From Eledone cirrhosa (lineage: Eukaryota), in contig OZ024760.1 in NCBI GenBank assembly GCA_964016885.1, positions 20,894,001-20,958,000 on the forward strand: a DNA stretch of 64,000 bases. Reading direction: 5' to 3'. Below, piece after piece: positions 56,063 through 64,000 of this stretch (position 1 is its first letter; every line of letters begins with the position of its first letter). A program made the translations under genes and the position numbers. The notes under the pieces are model-generated. The model was given only the letters and a program-made list of their open reading frames with translations. It was not told the DNA's origin and ran no database searches.

Positions 56063-56724
56063 CATACATACATACACACACATTTATATACATATATATA
56101 CATAAAATGAGGCTGCACTGATGTCACACTGATACCAGTAATATACTTATATACAACTATCAAGTATATATAAATGTTTAACTGCAGCCTATATAATCAG
56201 TAAAATAGCAACATTCACTTATTTCTCCCAGTGTGTATACATATATTATAAATACATCTGTCTCTCTCTTAGAGAGAGAGACAGATGTATGTATATGGGG
56301 CACATGAATGTTTATGTACATTCCTTTATATATGTGTGTGTGTGTGTGTGTGTGGCTATCAAGTGTATATAAATGTACAACTACATGTTATAATCAGTAT
56401 GCATGAGTGAGCATATATATATATATATATGTATATATATACATACATACATACATATAAACGCGTGTGCGTATGTATAGGTAATTTAACTTCCTGCCAA
56501 TGAAGTCACATATATGTATGCATGTAGTGCCTGTATATGTTTGCGTATATATGTATATATATATATATAGAGAGAGATTTTGAGTATATGTTGGTTGCAT
56601 ACCAACACCTCAGTATGCAGGCTGGAGCACTCGATGAAGTGCGCAGGTTGGTTTGGTTACTCCGGAGTAATGTAAAATAGGGTAAAATAAAAAGTCAAAT
56701 GTTTAAAATTTAGCTTCGTTTATT

Positions 56725-56779
56725 ACTGCTATATATATTTCGGTGACAGCCATCTTTGGCTGTGACCTCTTCAGGCAGT
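56725..56779 (-). ncRNA. Type I hammerhead ribozyme motif, left-arm twin
   Basis: Reverse-complement twin of 56838-56892, with a G-C instead of G-U pair in stem II. Confidence 0.85.
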
Positions 56780-56837
56780 CCGAATTAGTGTGGTATAGAC
56801 AACAACATATGTACTTGTCTATACTACACTAATTTGG

Positions 56838-56892
56838 ACTGCCTGAAGAGGTCACAGCCAAAGATGGTTGTCACCGAAATATATATAGCAGT
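56838..56892 (+). ncRNA. Type I hammerhead ribozyme motif, right arm of the fold-back element
   Basis: ACUGC-CUGAAGA-GGU(C)ACAGCCA[AAGA]UGGUUGU(C)ACC-GAAA-U[AUAU]A-UA^GCAGU: complete core, three stems, and a minimal palindromic stem III. Confidence 0.85.
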
Positions 56893-56965
56893 AATAAACG
56901 AAGCTAAATTTTAAACATTTGACTTTTTATTTTACTTTATTTTATATATATCTATATATCTATAC

Positions 56966-57016
<51 letters not shown>

Positions 57017-57152
57017 AACAACTGCTGTTTACTAAACTTTAATAAGAATCTGACAAGAGACACAAATCTGATGCAATAGTAGTTGAAGTAACTGGTATCA
57101 TGCAGTATATATATATAGAAAAGAGTTTAACATTCAAATATATACAACGTAC

Positions 57153-57269
57153 ATTTCTCCTCATCTGCCAGTTCATCTTCTTCATGAAGACAATCTTTCT
57201 CGCCATCACATACCCAACTCAAGGGTATACGATAACCATCTTTACATTTGAACTGTTTAACAAGGGTTT
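57153..57269 (-). CDS. Internal exon encoding an LDL-receptor class A (LDLa) module of an unidentified host gene
   Basis: Translation (E)TLVKQFKCKDGYRIPLSWVCDGEKDCLHEEDELADEEK(C) fits F-x-C...I...W-x-C-D-G-x-x-D-C...DE. Polypyrimidine acceptor ttttttttcaatttcag| and donor AAAT|GTACGT give a 117-nt phase 1-1 exon, typical of LDLa modules. Confidence 0.85.
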
Positions 57270-57658
57270 CTGAAATTGAAAAAAAAAAGACTTTAAATAA
57301 GATAAACAAACAAACAAACAAACAAACAAACAAACAAACAACACAAGCAATAATATTTAACCCTTTTCGCACCAAACCAAGTGATGCTGTCCTTGGTTCT
57401 TGGATACTAGCCTAGCCTCGTCCCATCCTCATATGTGATGGTCGGGGATCATGGATTTATGGACCAGCACTCTCCATCTTTTCCTATCTCTTGTCATTGC
57501 CGTACATACCACCAAACTCCTTCCTGTCCATTCCTTAATATCATCTGTCCATTTCTGCAGTCCCCTGGCCCTTTTCCCCTGTATTTGTCCCTCAAGGATG
57601 TGTGTGGGTGGTCAAATTTGGGGCCCTGGTGAGAAAGTTGTTTATTTTGAAATGTTTA

Positions 57659-58042
57659 TGGAGGCGCATGTCTTAGTGGTTAGAGCATTGGCTTTGCAAT
57701 TGAAAGGTTGTGAGTTCAATTCTCAGACCGGGTGATGTGTTGTTTCCTTGAACAAGACACTTTATTTCACATTGCTCCAGTTTACTCAGCTGTAGAAATG
57801 AGATGATAGGACTGGGGTCCATATCATTCCACTGCAAAGTGGTCGTGGAGGTGCCACGGCAAAAAAAGCAACCAGCTCACACTGTAAAGTGGACGTGTAG
57901 GTGCCATGGAAAAAAAAAGCATCCAGCACTCACTGTAAATGAGGTTGGTGTTAGGAAGGGCATCCAGCTGTAGAAATCAACCCAGAATCAGTTCCCGTCC
58001 CACCCTTGCAAGCAGGGAAAAGCAGATGTAAAATGATGATGA
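57659..58042 (+). mobile_element. SINE family A
   Basis: Full copy. Confidence 0.9.
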
Positions 58043-58983
58043 TACAGACTAACCAAAAGAGTAGATATGTCTTAATACCATGGTATGATCCCATAACTCC
58101 TAACAGAGTCATAGGGGTACTATAGTGACATATGACATACAGTGTTTCTTGGGCATTTTAAGCCTGGCAGAGCCCGCCCCTCTCCAGGGCAGATTTCTTC
58201 CTGAGAAGAACAGAGCATGAGAGAATGGAAATGAGAGATATAGAGGAAGAATCAACCCCAGTATTAGACTGGTACTTTTGTGTTCAACCTCAAAAGCATG
58301 AAAGATAAAGTTGACCTTGGTGGGATTTGAACTCAGATAACCGGAACGAATGCCACAAAGCATTCTATCTAATGTTCTAATGACACTGCCAACATCTTAA
58401 ACAATATAACATTGCTTAATTAGGTTAATTAAAATATTTCTTTTTCTAAACTATAATAGACTCATACATATTTTATATTTCTTCTGAGTTAAGTGCATTT
58501 TTAATTACCACTAGGTATTTAACACTGTGTATTAAGCGGGAGGGGGCGGACGGGGAGAAGGGGGGGAGATGAGGAGAGAGGGGGAGAGAGAGAGAGAGAA
58601 CAGAATAGAAAAAGATATAGAGGAAGAATTGACCCTAGTATTGAAACCCCAGCAAATATATATATAATTGTTTCTACTTTTGGCTCAAGGCCAAAACGAT
58701 GATGATGATATTTACTTTATGTAGCCAGGTACACCTACTAGTTTCCCATAAGAAATATGTTTTGACCAATTACAAAAATATGCAGAGAAATTATAACTGC
58801 AAGCTTTAATAAAAATAAAAATAAAAATAAAAATAAAAATAAAAATAAAAATAAAAAATAAAGTTCAATATAACATCTTGCAAAAATACTTCTGATGAAA
58901 TTAATATAACTTAACGAGTGGAAAATATAAAATAATTAAGTTATATAACCTGATGTGATAAACATATGGTCATATAATGAAAT

Positions 58984-59175
58984 AATAATTGTTTCTACTT
59001 TTGGCACAAGGCCAGCAATTACCCAGTGTATTACTGGTACTTTATTTTATCGACCCCGTAAGGATGAAAGGCAAAGTTAACCTCGGCGGGATTTGAACTC
59101 GGACCATAAAGGGACGTAACTATGCTGGAAAGCATGGCGTCCGACTCTCTACCGATACTGCCAATCCACCGCCCC
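58984..59175 (-). mobile_element. SINE family B
   Basis: Full copy. Confidence 0.85.
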
Positions 59176-59347
59176 TTATAATGAAATAATAATGACTTCT
59201 GCTATCGACACACAGGTCATAAATTTGAAAATTGGAGGGTGGAGGCTTAGTTCTAATAAAAACTCACTGTCTATGATTTTCAAATCATTTGGATAATAAA
59301 AAATTTGAAGAGATTTATTAAATATACTTTTGCATTATTTCTTGTAC

Positions 59348-59750
59348 AGGCGGTGGATTGGCAGTATTGGTAGAGGGTTGGACACCATGCTTTGACGCAT
59401 AGAGTTATGGGCCCTTGCCATTCTGAGTTCAAATCCCGCCGAGGTTAACTTTGCCTTTCATCCTTACGGGGTCGATAAAATAAAGTACCAGTAATGTACT
59501 GAGTAATTGCTGGCCTTGTGCCTAAAGTAGAAACAATTATCATTATTAAAAATAAAGAAATCATTATTAATAAAGTACCAGTAACCCTCTGGGGTTGATT
59601 TAATCGGCTTCGCCTCCCCCAAAATTGCTGGCCTTGTGCCTATGTAAGAAACCATAACTTTGCCTTTCATCCTTATGGGATCGATAAAATAAAGTACCAG
59701 TAATGCACTGGGTTATTGCTGGCCTTGTGCCAAAAGTAGAAACAATTATT
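59348..59750 (+). mobile_element. SINE family B full copy plus tandem partial copies
   Basis: Full copy at 59348-59540, then two 3' fragments. Confidence 0.85.
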
Positions 59751-60028
59751 TACTTTCTTGTTATTAAGCTAATGTTTAGAACATAACTTAAAGGTTCTTA
59801 CATGAAATAATTATGCAAGGTTTTTAGTTAAATACTAGACCACCTGTGACCCGTTGGGTCACATTCACTTCAAATTAAAATAGACAGACATGTATATAAT
59901 GTTAAATGAAACTGGCAGGCCCATATATACATGTATGTAGAGAGAGAGAGAGAGAGATAAATGTATGTGTGTGTGTGTATACATATATATATATATGTGG
60001 GTGTCTGATCTATATACACTGGTCATAG

Positions 60029-60070
<42 letters not shown>

Positions 60071-60086
60071 TAAAATAACAGATTAA

Positions 60087-60137
60087 AGTTTAAGCAAAGA
60101 ATCGCTGCTTTCACCCTTAACGGGATCTTCTGAAACT
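60087..60137 (-). ncRNA. Variant hammerhead motif (core CAGAAGA)
   Basis: AGUUU-CAGAAGA-U CCC[GUUAA]GGG U-GAAA-GCA...UGC-UU^AAACU; a partial second copy lies at 51008-51056. Confidence 0.5.
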
Positions 60138-61462
60138 AAAAGTCAATCTGTAAACGCAGAAGTGAATATTTCAAAAAACGTTGCAACCGGAGGAAGACAG
60201 GAAGATGATACTTTGGTTTGTGGAAACGTTCCCTGGCAAAGAACGGGAAAAAACGAATAATACGTCATTAATAGGAGCGGTGAAAAACAATTACGCGCAA
60301 AGACAGAACCACGTTTATGGTATAAAAGAAGTCGAAGACTAATATTCTCTTAGGTGGTTCATAGAGACGTTCCCTGGTAAAGAACGGGAAAAAACGAATA
60401 TAATACGTCATGAATAGGAGCGGTGAAAAACAATTACACACAAAGACAGAACCACGTTTATGGTATAAAAGAAATCGTAGACTAATGTTCTCTTAGTTGG
60501 TTCATAGAGAGGTTCCCTGGCAATGAGCTGGTAAAAAAATGAAGATAATATGTCATATGTGGAGCATAGAGAACAATTGCACGCAAAGACAAAACCACGT
60601 AAATGGTATAGCTGAAGTCGTAGACTAACATTCTAACTAGGAAACCGAATGATTCTCCGCTTCAGAGTTAAGAATAAAGTAAATAAAATACAATACAGAG
60701 GTAATTGAAATTAAATAAATACATACACGCGTCCAAATACGTACATACACAAGCATACGCGAAAACACTCGCCATAGGTATACAAAACCACGCACATATA
60801 AATATGTGTGTGTGTGTAAACGTATATAAATAAATAAATACGTATATAACAAGCGCACACACAAACCTACATGTAAATACACAAATGTTCGGAGACATAT
60901 ATATATATATATATATAACGGAGGAAATGTGGTAAGGAACCAGGTGGACCATAACGCACCAAAGTACTCAATACTTAGGGTAGTAGAGTGGGTAATAGGA
61001 ACGAGTAGGACCCCGACGGCTGAGCTCAAGCCGTTTCGACGGCTAATTCTGGACTCATTAGATATATATATATATATATACACAACACCACCAGCTCTCT
61101 CTCTCTATCTCTTCCATTCTCTTTGTCTCCTCTCCCTATGTCTCTCTTTCAATCTACTCTTTCTTTCTCTCTCTCTGTTTATGAAGGTACCCAGAAAACG
61201 CCATACCTCGGGAACCCGTGCTCCAATTTACGCAAAACTTGTTTTATTCCATTTGTATTTGTATTTCAGGGTCAACTTACTTTCAAAGTATTTTCCCATT
61301 ATGTGCCCTTTTGGCTGTATTACATTACAGACAAGCAAGCAATCACAGACTGCTAGTATTATATAGATAGATAGATAAACATTTTCATATTTTCATTATC
61401 ACATTTGCAATGAAAGACACTACCTATCATTTTCAAACCCTTTTGGAAATAATAAAAAAAAA

Positions 61463-61700
61463 TGGACCCCGTACTGCTGAGCTCCTCTGCAAGATTGAAA
61501 CATTAGCAGGGAGGAGCCTTGCGAGGTTGGGTGGCTGTTGTAGCGGGTGTCGCTGGCCATTGTCCATGGGATGCAGCCCCAATACCACCATGCCCTAGGC
61601 CGAGAATCTATCACCCTCCTCTTCCCCCTCTTCTGTCACACTAGAGCCCTTGCCTTTCCCTTCCTTTTCCGTTTTCATAACCACAAAAGATGCTTGAATT
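61463..61700 (+). mobile_element. CRE-like 3' fragment, second copy
   Basis: GPRTAELLCKI... and nucleotide similarity to the reverse complement of 39070-39315. Confidence 0.55.
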
Positions 61701-62594
61701 TTTTACAATAAATCTCATTTTATATAACAGAAAAAAAAAAATCTATATTGTTTGAGTATTAATTAACTCTTTTGTTAGCCATATTTCTAATAAAAGACAC
61801 TGCCTACAATTTTTAAATCATTGTGAAAATAATCAAGAATTTGGAGAGATTCAATTAACATAACCAAGTTTCTCTTTATCAAGTTGGTGTTTGGAACATG
61901 ACTTAAAAGATTGTTACATAAAATCATGATGGAAGGTTTCTAGATAAATATAAACACTTTAACACTTTCATCACCATATTTCTAATGAAGGCCAACACTG
62001 CATATGATTAGTGCTTGGAACCTAACTTAATCCTTTCATTAACAAATATCTAATGAAATCTTTTGTATTTTAATTAATTCATGAAGAATTTAAAAAGGAT
62101 TTACTAAAATTATAATTTCATTAAGCTGGTATTGTAAAGTAGAAAGTCTTTAAAATAGGTTGCTTTGTTTTATAGAAACAGAAGTGGGTTTGGACAGGTT
62201 GCTATCGAAAGCATTAAAGGAACTTACATAAAATTATGATGGGAGGGTTTTAGATAAATATATACACTTTTACCCTTTTGTTTAAATATTTCTAAAGAAA
62301 GACAGTAAAAATAATCAAGAATTTGGCGGGATTTAGTAATATAACTTTCTCGTTATCAAGCTGATATTTGGAATATAACTTAAAGGTTCATCATCACCGT
62401 TTTACGTCCGTTCTTCCATGCTAGCATGGGTTAGACGGGTTGTCCTGTTGTGGGCAGTGTCTGGTCGACTGATCATGCCTTGCTCATACAGGAACTGATT
62501 TGGCTTGATTTCTACAGCTGGATGCCCTTCTTAGATAAAATTATGACAGCAGGTTTTTTTAGATAAATATAAACACTTTAAAATGAACATTTCT

Positions 62595-62795
62595 GGAGAG
62601 CTAAAGACGGAATTGCTAGTGAAGTTCTTTTGTGGAAGCCTACACAAGGATGAGCTAACAGAGGACAAGCCAAGACCTATATCAAGCAGATTTGTGATGA
62701 CATAAACAGCAATCCCTTCGACTTGCCAAATATGATGAACAATAGAATTAGATGGTGACAGAGAGTCAAGGGACTCTATTCAAGTAGTGATTGAT
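62595..62795 (+). mobile_element. Degenerate RTE-like 3' fragment
   Basis: ASEVLLWKPTQG*ANRGQAKTYIKQICDD followed by a (TTGA)-like tail. Confidence 0.5.
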
Positions 62796-63489
62796 TGAAA
62801 ATGAACAGTATTTATATAATTAAAACCAGACGTGGTTTCAGGCATGTTCATATCAAATGGGCTAAATGAAATTTTTCTCGAAATAAAAATATTTTTCTTT
62901 TTCGTTCAAAGAATTGTTAAATCGCTGATCTGGTTATATCTCAGACTGTCTAGTTATGACCTCCAAACAGTCATACAGTCATGACCTCTAGACACAGTCA
63001 TGCAGTCATGACCTCTAGACACAGCCATACAGTCGCGACCTTTAGACTACAACTTACTGGGTCTTCTTCAGTCACAAACTCAAGACCAGAGCTTCCATTA
63101 GTTTTGGGATGGGGCGGCGGCGGGGCTTAAGTATATATGCTGTACATGCTGCACTGTGGGATAAACATCTAAACAACAACATGTCCAGGGGTGAGCCAAA
63201 GAGAGAGAAATAGCAGCCAAAAGAATCTATACCAGAAGAAAGTTCTAGAGAATAAATCTCACATTGTAGTAACTATTTACAAAACTTGGCTTATTATCAA
63301 CACTTTATTTAGGTTGTCTACTTTGCTTTGTTTAACACATTTATCTCTATTTGCCTAAGTAAAGCAACGAGGCAGCCTATCAGCAGTCGCTTGACCTGCT
63401 AAAAATATCCCTCAAACCATATCCTCCACATGTTATGACACTTCAGTGCAAATACTTTCTTTTCTCTTCTATTTGAATTGTTTGATTTT

Positions 63490-64000
63490 GACAGGAGGAG
63501 CTTTTTAATCCTGTCACAGACATCTTTGGGAGAGGGAGCTCTCTTATCCTGTCACAGACAGCCTCCCTGTGAGAGGGTTGAGGGAGCTCTTTAGTCCTGT
63601 TACAGACAGCTTCCCTGTGAGAGGGTTGAGGGAGCTCTTTAGTCCTGTTACAGACAGCCTCCCTGTGAGAGGGAGCTCTTTAGTCCTGTTACAGATAACC
63701 TCCATGTGAGGGAGCTCTTTAGTCCTGTTACAGACAGCCTCTCTGTGAGAGGGAGCTCTTTAGTCCTGTTACAGATAACCTCCCTGTGAGGGAGCTCTTT
63801 AGTCCTGTTACAGATAACCTTCCTGTGAGAGGGAGCTCTTTAGTCCTGTTACAGACAGCCTCTCTGTGAGAGGGAGCTCTTTAGTCCTGTTACAGACAGC
63901 CTCTCTGTGAGAGGGAGCTCTTTAGTCCTGTTACAGACAGCCTCTCTGTGAGAGGGAGCTCTTTAGTCCTGTTACAGATAACCTCCCTGTGAGGGAGCTC
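63490..64000. repeat. Minisatellite of about 40 bp running off the window end
   Basis: GAGGGAGCTCTTTAGTCCTGTTACAGACAGCCTCTCTGTGA. Confidence 0.95.

Larger units (their letters stand above)
56578..56946. mobile_element. Fold-back element (56673-56946) plus tail, with twin hammerheads
   Basis: Inverted arms centred near 56808; tail contains GAGCACTCGA. Confidence 0.85.

Overview
AT-rich, repeat-saturated animal genomic DNA. The (TA)n/(CA)n density and SINE repertoire resemble a coleoid cephalopod such as octopus (inference, not verified). Most long six-frame ORFs are microsatellite or minisatellite artefacts. Only one convincing host exon is visible: a phase 1-1 LDL-receptor class A module on the minus strand (57153-57269), so much of the window may be intronic. 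Mobile DNA includes two tRNA-derived SINE families, RTE, CRE-like and R4-like LINE fragments, hAT/piggyBac/Tc1-type MITEs, and a decayed Penelope-like (PLE) reverse-transcriptase element (36236-38330) carrying a nested, in-frame RTE insertion. The main observation is about 20 fold-back (palindromic) elements from several unrelated sequence families, nearly all embedded in (TA)n tracts. Many carry a type I hammerhead ribozyme on each arm, one per strand. Most have a one-sided tail with a shared GAGTRCT motif, and one family's tail is homologous to the leader of the PLE ORF. All structures were folded by eye; no ribozyme activity or expression is demonstrated.
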